Assembly: GCF_009914755.1 (NCBI RefSeq)
Contig: NC_060946.1
DNA from: the human T2T-CHM13v2.0 reference genome, Homo sapiens
Length of the DNA: 64,000 nucleotides
Strand: one strand, 5' to 3'
Shown one piece after another: positions 43,001-56,550 of this stretch. Under the pieces are notes generated by a model. It was not told the origin of the DNA. It made no database searches and was given only the letters and a program-made list of their open reading frames with translations. Both the position numbers and the translations under genes were made by a program. Numbering within the stretch: the stretch's first letter is position 1; the number at the start of each line of letters is the position of its first letter.

Positions 43001-46000
43001 AGTGGAATGGAATAAACACCAGGGGAATGAAATGGATTGGAATGGAATGGAATGGAATGGAATGAAATCAACCCGAGTGTAATGGAGCGGAATGGAATGG
43101 AATGGAAAGGAATGAATGGAATGGAATGGTGTGGAATCAACACGAGAGGAATGGAATGGAATGGAATGGAACAGAACGGAATGGAAAGGAGTGGAATGGA
43201 ATGAACCCGAATGGAATGGAATGGATTGGAATGGAATGGAATGGAATCAACCTGAGCAGAAAGGAATGGAATAGAATGGAGTGGAACGGAATGTAACGGA
43301 ATGGAATGGAATGGAATGGAATCAACAGGAATGGAATGGAACGGAATGGAATGGGATGGGATGGAATGGAAGAGAATGGATGTTAATCAACACGAATGGA
43401 ATGGAATGGAATGGAATGGAATGGAATGGAATGGATCGGAATGGAATCCAATGGAATCAACTGGAATGGAATGGAATGGAATGGAATGGAATGGAATGGA
43501 ATGGAATGCAATGGAGTGGAGTGGAATGCAATCGAATGGAATGGAATGGAATAAATCCGGGTGGAGTGGAATGGAATGTAATGGAGTGGAATGTAATGGA
43601 ATTTAGTGGAATGGAATGGAATGGAATGAAATCTATTGGATCAGAATGGAATCCAATGGAATCAACTGGAATGGAATGGAATGGAATGGAATGGAATGGA
43701 ATGGAATGGAATGAAAACGAAAGGAACAAAATGGAATCAACACGAGTGGAATGGAATGGAACAGAATGGAATTAACCCTAGTGGAATGAAATGGAATGTA
43801 ATGCAATGGGATGGAGTGGAATCAACCCCAGTGGAATGGAATGGAATGGACTGGAATGGAATGGAATGGAATGAAATGGAATGGATCGGAATGGAATCCA
43901 ATGGAATCAACTGGAATGAAATGGAATGGAATGGAAAGGAATGGAATGGAATGGAATAAATCCGGGTGGAGTGGAATGGAATGTAATGGAGTGGAATGTA
44001 ATGGAATTTAGTGGAATGGAATGGAATGCAATGGAATTGAATCAACCCGAGTGGAATGGAACGGAATGGAATGGAATGGAAAGGAATGAATGGAATGGAA
44101 TGGTGTGGAATCAACACGAGAGGAATGGAATGGAATGGAATGCAATGAACCCGAATGGATTTGAATGGATTGGAATGGAATGGAATGGAATCAACCTGAG
44201 CGGAAAGGAATGGAATGGAATGGAGTGGAATGTAATGTAATGGAATGGAATGGAATGGAATGGAATTGAAACAACACGAATGGAATGGAATGGAATGGAA
44301 TCAACCCGAAAGGAATGGAAAGGAATGGAATGGAATGGAATGGAATGGAATGGAATGGAATGGAATGCAATGGAATGGAATGGAATCAACCCAAGTGCAA
44401 TGGAATGGAATGGAATGCAATGGAATCCACCCGAGTGGAATGCAACAGAATGGAGTGGAATGAAATGGAATGGAATGGAATGGAATGGAATGGAGTGGAA
44501 TGAAATGGAATGGAATGGAATGGAATGGAATGGAATGGAGTGGAATGGAACAGAATGGAGTGGAATGGAATAAACACCAGGGGAATGAAATGGGTTGGAA
44601 TGAAATGGAATGGAATGGAATGGAATTGAATCAACCCGAGTGGAATGGAACGGAATGGAATGGAATGGAAAGGAATGAATGGAATGGAATGGTGTGGAAT
44701 CAACACGAGAGGAATGGAATGGAATGGAATGCAATGAACCCGAATGGATTTGAATGGATTGGAATGGAATGGAATGGAATCAACCTGAGTGCAAAGGAAT
44801 GGAATGGAATGGAGTGGAATGGAATGTAATGTAATGGAATGGAATGGAATGGAATTGAAACAACACGAATGGAATGGAATGGAATGGAATGGGATGGGAT
44901 GGAATGGAATGGAATGGAAGTTAATCAACACGAATGGAATGGAACGGAATGGAAAGGAATGGAATGGAATGGAATGGAATGGAATGGAATGGAATGGAAT
45001 GAAATGGAAAGCAACGGAATGGAATCAACGTGAGTGGAATGGAATGGAACGGAAAGGAATCAACCCGAGTGGAATGAAATGGAATGTAATGCAATGGGAT
45101 GGAGTGGAATCAACACGAGTGGAATGGAATGGAATGGAATGGAATGGAATGGAATGAAATGAAATGGAATGGATCGGAATGGAGTCCAATGGAATCAACT
45201 GGAATGGAATGGAATGGAATGGAATAAATCCAGGTGGAGTGGAATGGAATGTAATGGAGTGGAATGGAATGGAATTTAGTGGTGTGGAATGGAATGGAAT
45301 GGAATGGGATGGGATGGAATGGAATCAACACGAATGACATGGCATAGAATGGAATGGAATGGAATGGAATGGAATGGAATGGAATGGAATGGAATCAACC
45401 CGAATTGAATGGAACGGAATGGAATGGGATGGGATGGAATGGAATGGAATGCAAGTTAATCAACACGAATGGAATGGAACGGAATGGAATGGAATGAAAA
45501 GGAAAAGAACATAATGGCATCAACACGAGTGGAATGGAATGGAACGGAATGGAATCAACCCGAGTGGAATGAAATGGAATGTAATGCAATGGGATGGAAT
45601 GGAATCAACCCGAGTGGAATGGAATGGAATGGAGTGGAATGGAAAGTAATGGAGTGGAATGTAATGGAATTTAGTGGAATGGAATGGAATGGAATGGAAT
45701 GGAATGAAATCTGTTGGATCGGAATGGAATCCAATGGAATCAACTGGAATGGAATGGAATGGAATGGAATGGAACGGAATAAATCCGGTTTTAGTGGAAT
45801 GGAATGTAATAGAGTGGAATGGAATGGAATTTAGAGGAATGGAATGGAATGGAATGGAATGGAATGGAATGGAATGGAATCAACCCGAATGGAATGGAAC
45901 GGAATGGAATGGAATGGAATGGGATGGAATGGAATGGAATGGAATGGAATGGAATCAACACGAATGGCATGGCATAGAATGGAATGGAATGGAATGGAAT

Positions 46001-49000
46001 GCAATGGAATGGAATGGAATGGAATGGAATGGAATGGAATCAACACAAGTGCAATGGAATAGAATGGAATGCAATGGAATCCACCCGAGTGGAATGGAAT
46101 GGAATGAAATGGAATGGAATGGAATGGAGTGGAATGGAACGCAATGGAGTGGAATGGAATAAACAACAGGGGAATGAAATGGATTGGAATGAAATGGAAT
46201 GGAATGGAATGGAATGGAATGGAATGGAATGGAATGGAATGGAATGGAATCAACCCGAATGGGATGGCAAGGAATGGAATTGAATGGAATGGAATGGAAT
46301 GGAATGGAATGGAATGGAATGGAATGGAATCAACCCAAGTGTAATGGAATGGAATGGAATGGAATGGAATGGAATGGAATCAACCCGAATGAGATGGCAT
46401 GGAATGGAATTGAATGGAATGGAATGGAATGGAATGGAATGGAGTGGAATCAACCCAAGTGAATGAAATAGAATGGAATGCAATGGAATCCACCCGAGTG
46501 GAATGGAATGGAATGGATCGGAATTGAATCCAATGGAATCAACTGGAATGGAATGGAATGGAATGGAATGGAATGGAATGGAATGCAATGGAATGGAATG
46601 GAATGGAATAAATCCGGCTGGAGTGGAATGGAATGTAATGGAGTGGAATGTAATGGAATTTAGTGGAATGGAATGGAATGGAATGAAATCTATTGGATCG
46701 GAATGGAATCCAATGGAATCAACTGGAATGGAATGGAATGGAATGGAATGGAACGGAATAAATCCGGTTGGAGTGGAATGGAATGTAATAGAGTGGAATG
46801 GAATGGAATTTAGAGGAATGGAATGGAATGTAATACAGTGGAATGGAATGGAATTTAGAGGAATGGAATGGAATGGAATTTAGAGGAATGGAATGGAATG
46901 GAATGGAATGGAATGAAAAGGAAAGGAACAAAACGGAATCAACACGAGTGGAATGGAATGGAACGGAATGGAATTAACCCGAGTGGAATGAAATGGAATG
47001 TAATGCAATGGGATGGAGTGGAATCAACCCCAGTGGAATGGAATGGAATGGAACGGAATGGAATGGAATGGAACGGAATGGAATGGAATGGAATGAAATG
47101 GAATGGATCGGAATGCAATCCAATGGAATCAACTGGAATGAAATGGAATGGAATGGAAAGGAATGGAATGGAATGGAATAAATCCGGGTGGAGTGGAATG
47201 GAATGTAATGGAGTGGAATGCAATGGAATTTAGTGGAATGGAATGGAATGGAATGGAATGAAATGGATTGGATCGGAAAGGAATCCAATGGAATCAAATG
47301 GAATGCAATAGAATGGAATGGAATGGAATGGAATGGAATCAACACGAATGGAATGGAACGGAATGGAATGGGATGGGATGGAATGGAATGGAATGAAATG
47401 GATTGGATCGGAATGGAATCCAATGGAATCAACTGGAATGGAATGGAAATGAATGGAATGGAATAGATCCGGGTGGAGTGGAATGGAATGGAATGGAGTG
47501 GAATGGAATGGAATTTAGTGGAATGGAATGGAATGGAATGGAATGGAATGGAATGGAATGGAATGGAATCAACCCGAAAGGAATGGAACGGAATGGAATG
47601 GAATGGAATGGAATGGAATGGAATGGAATGGAATCAACCCAAGTGCAATGGAATGGAATGGAATGCAATGGAATCCACCCGAGTGGAATGCAACAGAATG
47701 GAATGGAATGGAATGGAATGGAATGGAATGGAATGGAATGGAATGGAATGGAATGGAATGGAATGGAGTGGAATGGAACAGAATGGAGTGGAATGGAATA
47801 AACACCAGGGGAATGAAATGGGTTGGAATGAAATGGAACGGAAGGGAATGGAATGGAATGGAATGAAATCAACCCGAGTGGAATGGAACGCAATGGAATT
47901 GAATTGAAAGGAATGAATGGAATGGAATGGTGTGGAATCAACACGAGAGGAATGGAATGGAATGGAATGGAATCAACACGAATGGAATGGAATGGAATGG
48001 AATGGGATGGGATGGAATGGAATGGAAGTTAATCAACACGAATGGAATGGAACGGAATGGAAAGGAATGGAACGGAATGGAATGGAATTGAATGGAATGA
48101 AATGGAAAGGAACGGAATGGAATCAACATGAGTGGAATGGAATGGAATGGAATGGAATCAACCCTAGTGGAATGAAATGGAATGTAATGCAATGGGATGG
48201 AGGGGAATCAACACGAGTCGAATGGAATGGAATGGAATGGAATGGAATGGAATGGAATGGATCGGAATGGAATCCAATGGAATCAACTGGAATGGAATGG
48301 AATGGAATGGAATAAATCCGGGTGGAGTGGAATGGAATGTAATGGAGTGGAATGGAATGGAATGGAATGGGATGGGATGCGATGGAATGGAAAGGAATGG
48401 AACTTTATCAACACGAATGGAACGGAATGCAATGGAATGGAATGGAATGGAATGGAATGGAATGGAATCAACCCGAATGGAATGGAACGGAATGGAATGG
48501 GATGGGATGGAATGGAATTGAATGCAAGTTAATCAACACGAATGGAATGGAACGGAATGGAATGGAATGAAAAGGAAAGGAACATAACGGCATCAACACG
48601 AGAGGAATGGAATGGAACGGAATGGAATCAACCCGAGTGGAATGAAATGGAATGTAATGCAATGGGATGGAGTGGAATCAACCCGAGTGGAATGGAATGG
48701 AATGGAATGGAATGGAATGGAATGGAATGGATCGGAATGGAATCCAATGGAATCAACTGGAATGGAATGGACTGGAATGGAATGGAATGGAACGGAATAA
48801 ATCCGGTTGGAGTGGAATGGAATGTAATAGAGTGGAATGGAATGGAATTTAGAGGAATGGAATGGAATGGAATGGAATGGAATGGAATGGAATCAACCCG
48901 AATGGAATGGAACGGAATGGAATGGAAAGGAATGGGATGGAATGGAATGGAATGGAATGGAATGGAATGGAATCAACACGAATGGCATGGCATAGAATGG

Positions 49001-52000
49001 AATGGAATGGAATGGAATGCAATGGAATGGAATGGAATGGAATGGAATGGAATGGAATCAACCCAAGTGCAATGGAATGGAATGGAATGCAATGGAATCC
49101 ACCCGAGTGGAATGGAATGGAATGAAATGGAATGGAATGGAATGGAGTGGAATGGAACGCAATGGAGTGGAATGGAATAAACACCAGGGGAATGAAATGG
49201 ATTGGAATGGAATGGAATGGAATGAAATCAACCCGAGTGTAATGGAGCGGAATGGAATGGAATGGAAAGGAATGAATGGAATGGAATCGTGTGGAATCAA
49301 CACGAGAGGAATGGAATGGAACAGAACGGAATGGAAAGGAGTGGAATGGAATGAACCCGAATGGAATGGAATGGATTGGAATGGAATGGAATGGAATCAA
49401 CCTGAGCGGAAAGGAATGGAATAGAATGGAGTGGAACGGAATGTAACGGAATGGAATGGAATGGAATGGAATCAACACGAATGGAATGGAACGGAATGGA
49501 ATGGGATGGGATGGAATGGAAGAGAATGGATGTTAATCAACACGAATGGAATGGAATGGAATGGAATGGAATGGAATGGATCGGAATGGAATCCAATGGA
49601 ATCAACTGGAATGGAATGGAATGGAATGGAATGGAATGGAATGGAATGGAATGGAGTGGAGTGGAATGCAATCGAATGGAATGGAATGGAATAAATCCGG
49701 GTGGAGTGGAATGGAATGTAATGGAGTGGAATGTAATGGAATTTAATGGAATGGAATGGAATGGAATGAAATCTATTGGATCAGAATGGAATCCAATGGA
49801 ATCAACTGGAATGGAATGGAATGGAATGGAATGGAATGGAATGGAATGAAAACGAAAGGAACAAAATGGAATCAACACGAGTGGAATGGAATGGAACGGA
49901 ATGGAATTAACCCGAGTGGAATGAAATGGAATGTTATGCAATGGGATGGAGTGGAATCAACCCCAGTGGAATGGAATGGAATGGAATGGAATGGAATGGA
50001 ATGGAATGGAATGGAATGAAATGGAATGGATCGGAATGGAATCCAATGGAATCAACTGGAATGAAATGGAATGGAATGGAAAGGAATGGAATGGAATGGA
50101 ATAAATCCGGGTGGAGTGGAATGGAATGTAATGGAGTGGAATGTAATGGAATTTAGTGGAATGGAATGGAATGGAATGGAATGAAATGGATTGGATCGGA
50201 AAGGAATCCAATGGAATCAACTGGAATCAATGGAATGGAATGGAATGGAATGCAATGGAATAAATCCGGGTGGAGTGGAATGGAATGTAATGGAGTGGAA
50301 TGGAATGGAATTTAGTGCAATGGAATGGAATGGAATGGAATGGAATGGAATGGAATGGAATGGAATGGAATCAACCCGAATGGAATGGAATGGAATGGAA
50401 TGGAATGGAATGGAATGGAATGGAATGGAATGAACCCGAATGGGATGGCATGGAATGGAATTGAATGGAATGGAACGGAATGGAATGGAATCAACCCAAG
50501 TGCAATGGAATAGAATGGAATGCAATGGAATCCACCCGAGTGGAATGGAATGGAATGGAATGGAATGGAATGGAATGGAATGGAATGGAATGCAATGGAA
50601 TGGAATGGAATAGAAAGGAATAGAATGGAGTGGAATGGAACGGAATGGAGTGGAATGCAATAAACACCAGGGGAATGAAATGGATTGGAATGAAATGGAA
50701 TGGAATGGAATGGAATGGAATCAAGCAGAGTGAAATTGAAAGGAATGGAATGGAATGGAAAGGAATGAATGGAATGGAATGGTGTGGAATCAACACGAGA
50801 GGAATGGAATGGAATGGAATGGAACGGAACGGAATGGAAAGGAATGGAATGGAATGAACCCGAATGGAATGGAATGGATTGGAATGGAATGGAATAGAAT
50901 CAACCTGAGTGGAAAGGAATGGAATGGAATGGAGTGGAATGGAATGTAACGGAATGGAATGGAATGGAATGGAATCAACATGAACGGAATGGAACGGAAT
51001 GGAATGGGATGGGATGGAATGGAATGGAATGGAAGTTAGTCAACACGAATGGAATGGAATGGAATGGAATGAAAAGGAAAGGAACAGAATGGAATCAACA
51101 CGAGTGGAATGGAATGGAACGGAATGGAATCAACCCAAGTGGAATGAAATGGAATGTAATGCAATAGGATGGAGTGGAATCAACCCGAGTGGAATGGAAT
51201 GGAATGGAATGGAATGGAATGGAATGGAATGGAATGGAATGGAATGAAATATATTGGATCGGAATGGAATCCAATGGAATCAACTGGAGTGGAATGGAAT
51301 GGAATGGAACGGAACGGAATAAATCCGGTTGGAGTGCAATGGAATGTAATAGAGTGGAATGGAATGGAATTTAGAGGAATGGAATGGAATGGAATGGAAT
51401 GGAATGGAATGGAATGGAATAAATCCGGGTGGAGTGGAATGGAATGTAATGGAGTGGAATGCAATGGAATTTAGTGGAATGGAATGGAATGGAATGGAAT
51501 GAAATGGATTGGATTGGAAAGGAATCCAATGGAATCAAATGGAATGCAATAGAATGGAATGGAATGGAATGGAATGGAATGCAATAAATCCGGGTGGAGT
51601 GGAATGGAATGTAATGAAGTGGAATGGAATGGAATTTAATGCAATGGAATGGAATGGAATGGAATGGAATGGAATGGAATGGAATCAACCCGAATTTAAT
51701 TGAATGGAATGGAAAGGAAAGGAATGGAATGGAATGGAATGGAATGGAATGGAATGGAATCAACCCGAATGGGATGGCATGGAATGGAATTGAATGGAAT
51801 GGAATGGAATGGAATGGAATGGAATGGAATGGAATGGAGTGGAATCAACACAAGTGAATGGAATAGAATGGAATGCAATGGAATCCACCCGAGTGGAATG
51901 GAATGGAATGGAATGGAATGGAATACAATGGAATGGAATGGAATCGAAAGGAATAGAATGGAGTGGAATGGAACAGAATGGAGTGGAATGCAATAAACAC

Positions 52001-55000
52001 CAGGGGAATGAAATGGATTGGAATGAAATGGAATGGAATGGAATGGAATGGAATGAAATCAACCCGAGTTGAATAGAACGGAATGGAATGGAATGGAAAG
52101 GAATGAATGGAATGGAATGGTTTGGAATCAACACGAGAGGAATGGAATGGAATGGAATGGAACGGAACGGAATGGAAAGGAATGGACTGGAATGAATCCG
52201 AATGGAATGGAATGGATTCGAATGGAATGGAATGGAATCAACCTGAGCGGAAAGGAATGGAATGGAATGTAGTGGAATGGAATGTAACGGAATGGAATGG
52301 AATGGAATGGAATCAACATGAATGGAATGGAAGGGAATGGAATGGGATGGGATGGAATGGAATGGAATGGAAGTTAGTCAACACGAATGGAATGGAATGG
52401 AATGGAATGGAATGAAAAGGAAAGGAACAGAATGGAATCAACACGAGTGGAATGGAATGGAATGGAATGGAATCAACCCGAGTGGAATGAAATGGAATGT
52501 AATGCAATGGGATGGAGTGTAATCAACCGGAGTGGAATGGAATGGAATGGAATGGAATGGAATGGAATGGAATGGAATGGAATGAAATGGAATGGATCGG
52601 AATGGAATCCAATGGAATTAACTGGAATGGAATGGAATGGAATGGAATGAAATGGATTGGATCGGAATTGAATCCAATGGAATCAACGGGAATGCAATGG
52701 AATGGAATGGAATGGAATGGAATGGAATGGAATAAATCCGGGTGGAGTGGAATGGAATGTAATGGAGTGGAATGGAATGTAATTCAGTGGAATGGAATGG
52801 AATGGAATCGAATGGAATCGAAGGAAGGGAATCAAACCGAATGGAATGGAACGGAATGGAATGGAAAGGAATGGAATGGAATGGAATGGAATGGAATGGA
52901 ATCAACCGAAGTGCAACGGAATGGAATGGAATGGAATGGAATGGAATGGAATGGAATGGAATGGAATGGAACGGAATAAATCCGGTTGGAGTGGAATGGA
53001 ATGTAATAGAGTGGAATGGAATGGAATTTAGAGGAATGGAATGGAATGGAATGGAATGGAATGGAATGGAATCAACCCGAATGGAATGGAACGGAATGGA
53101 ATGGAATGGAATGGGATGGAATGGAATGGAATGGAATGGAATGGAATCAACACGAATGGCATGGCATAGAATGGAATGGAATGGAATGCAATGCAATGGA
53201 ATGGAATGGAATGGAATGGAATGGAATGGAATCAACCCAAGTGCAATGGAATGGAATGGAATGCAATGGAATCCACCCGAGTGGAATGGAATGGAATGAA
53301 ATGGAATAGAATGGAATGGAGTGGAATGGGACGCAATGGAGTGGAATGGAATAAACACCAGGGGAATGAAATGGATTGGAATGGAATGGAATGGAATGGA
53401 ATGAAATCAACCCGAGTGTAATGGAGCGGAATGGAATGGAATGGAAAGGAATGAATGGAATGGAGTGGTGTGGAATCAACACGAGAGGAATGGAATGGAA
53501 TGGAATGGAACAGAACGGAATGGAAAGGAGTGGAATGGAATGAACCCGAATGGAATGGAATGGATTGGAATGGAATGGAATGGAATCAACCTGAGCAGAA
53601 AGGAATGGAATAGAATGGAGTGGAACGGAATGTAACGGAATGGAATGGAATGGAATGGAATCAACACGAATGGAATGGAACGGAATGTAATGGGATGGGA
53701 TGGAATGGAAGAGAATGGATGTTAATCAACACGAATGGAATGGAATGGAATGGAATGGAATGGAATGGAATGGATCGGAATGGAATCCAATGGAATCAAC
53801 TGGAATGGAATGGAATGGAAAGGAATGGAATGGAATGGAATGCAATGGAGTGGAGTGGAATGCAATCGAATGGAATGGAATGGAATAAATCCGGGTGGAG
53901 TGGAATGGAATGTAATGGAGTGGAATGTAATGGAATTTAGTGGAATGGAATGGAATGGAATGAAATCTATTGGATCAGAATGGAATCCAATGGAATCAAC
54001 TGGAATGGAATGGAATGGAATGGAATGGAATGGAATGGAATGAAAACGAAAGGAACAAAATGGAATCAACACGAGTGGAATGGAATGGAACGGAATGGAA
54101 TTAACCCGAGTGGAATGAAATGGAATGTAATGCAATGGGATGGAGTGGAATCAAGCCCAGTGGAATGGAATGGAATGGAATGGAATGGAATGGAATGGAA
54201 TGGATCGGAATGGAATCCAATGGAATCAACTGGAATGAAATGGAATGGAATGGAAAAGAATGGAATGGAATAGAATAAATCCGGGTGGAGTGGAATGGAA
54301 TGTAATGGAGTGGAATGTAATGGAATTTAGTGGAATGGAATGGAATGGAATGGAATTGAATCAACCCGAGTGGAATGGAACGGAATGGAATGGAATGGAA
54401 AGGAATGAATGGAATGGAATGGTGTGGAATCAACACGAGAGGAATGGAATGGAATGGAATGCAATGAACCCGAATGGATTTGAATGGATTGGAATGGAAT
54501 GGAATGGAATCAACCTGAGCGGAAAGGAATGGAATGGAATGGAGTGGAATGTAATGTAATGGAATGGAATGGAATGGAATGGAATTGAAACAACACGAAT
54601 GGAATGGAATGGAATGGAATGGAATGGAATGGAATCAACCCGAAAGGAATGGAACGGAATGGAATGGAATGGAATGGAATGGAATGGAATGGAATGGAAT
54701 GGAATGGAATGCAATGGAATGGAATGGAATCAACCCAAGTGCAATGGAATGGAATGGAATGCAATGGAATCCACCCGAGTGGAATGCAACAGAATGGAGT
54801 GGAATGAAATGGAATGGAATGGAATGGAATGGAATGGAATGGAATGGAATGGAATGGAGTGGAATGGAACAGAATGGAGTGGAATGGAATAAACACCAGG
54901 GGAATGAAATGGGTTGGAATGAAATGGAATGGAAGGGAATGGAATTGAATCAACCCAAGTGGAATGGAACGGAATGGAATGGAATGGAAAGGAATGAATG

Positions 55001-56550
55001 GAATGGAATGGTGTGGAATCAACACGAGAGGAATGGAATGGAATGGAATGCAATGAACCCGAATGGATTTGAATGGATTGGAATGGAATGGAATGGAATC
55101 AACCTGAGCGCAAAGGAATGGAATGGAATGGAGTGGAATGGAATGTAATGTAATGGAATGGAATGGAATGGAATTGAAACAACACGAATGGAATGGAATG
55201 GAATGGAATGGGATGGGATGGAATGGAATGGGATGGAAGTTAATCAACACGAATGGAATGGAACGGAATGGAAAGGAATGGAATGGAATGGAATGGAATG
55301 GAATGGAATGGAATGGAATGGAATGGAATGAAATGGAAAGGAACGGAATGGAATCAACATGAGTGGAATGGAATGGAACGGAAAGGAATCAACCCGAGTG
55401 GAATGAAATGGAATGTAATGCAATGGGATGGAGTGGAATCAACACGAGTGGAATGGAGTGGAATGGAATGGAATGAAATGAAATGGAATGGATCGGAATG
55501 GAGTCCAATGGAATCAACTGGAATGGAATGGAATGGAATGGAATAAATCCCGGTGGAGTGGAATGGAATGTAATGGAGTGGAATGGAATGGAATTTAGTG
55601 GTGTGGAATGGAATGGAATGGAATGGGATGGGATGGAATGGAATCAACACGAATGACATGGCATAGAATGGAATGGAATGGAATGGAATGGAATGGAATG
55701 GAATGGAATGGAATCAACCTGAATTGAATGGAACGGAATGGAATGGGATGGGATGGAATGGAATGGAATGCAAGTTAATCAACACGAATGGAATGGAACG
55801 GAATGGAATGGAATGAAAAGGAAAAGAACATAATGGCATCAACACGAGTGTAATGGAATGGAACGGAATGGAATCAACCCGAGTGGAATGAAATGGAATG
55901 TAATGCAATGGGATGGAGTGGAATCAACCCGAGTGGAATGGAATGGAATGGAGTGGAATGGAAAGTAATGGAGTGGAATGTAATGGAATTTAGTGGAATG
56001 GAATGGAATGGAATGGAATGGAATGAAATCTGTTGGATCGGAATGGAATCCAATGGAATCAACTGGAATGGAATGGAATGGAATGGAATGGAACGGAATA
56101 AATCCGGTTGGAGTGGAATGGAATGTAATAGAGTGGAATGGAATGGAATTTAGAGGAATGGAATGGAATGGAATGGAATGGAATGGAATGGAATGGAATC
56201 AACCCGAATGGAATGGAACGGAATGGAATGGAATGGAATGGGATGGAATGGAATGGAATGGAATGGAATGGAATCAACACGAATGGCATGGCATAGAATG
56301 GAATGGAATGGAATGGAATGCAATGGAATGGAATGGAATGGAATGGAATGGAATGGAATCAACACAAGTGCAATGGAATAGAATGGAATGCAATGGAATC
56401 CACCCGAGTGGAATGGAATGGAATGTAATGGAATGGAATGGAATGGAGTGGAATGGAACGCAATGGAGTGGAATGGAATAAACAACAGGGGAATGAAATG
56501 GATTGGAATGAAATGGAATGGAATGGAATGGAATGGAATGGAATGGAATG
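34010..56550 (+). repeat. Large near-tandem duplication, ~12.3 kb unit (copy 1 ~34010-46200; copy 2 ~46380-56550, lacking ~1.9 kb)
   Basis: Colinear private variants before the gap (offset ~12.2-12.4 kb): AATCCGGCTGG (34248/46611), ATAACGGCAT (36281/48585), GAATCGTGTG (36976/49284), ATCAAGCAGAGTG (38447/50720), GGATTCGAAT (40011/52214) and CAACCGAAGTGCAACGG (40671/52903). After the gap (offset ~10.3 kb): CCTGAGCAGA (43251/53590), GGAGTCCAAT (45181/55500), CTGTTGGATC (45711/56030) and AAACAACAGG (46161/56480). Confidence 0.9.
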
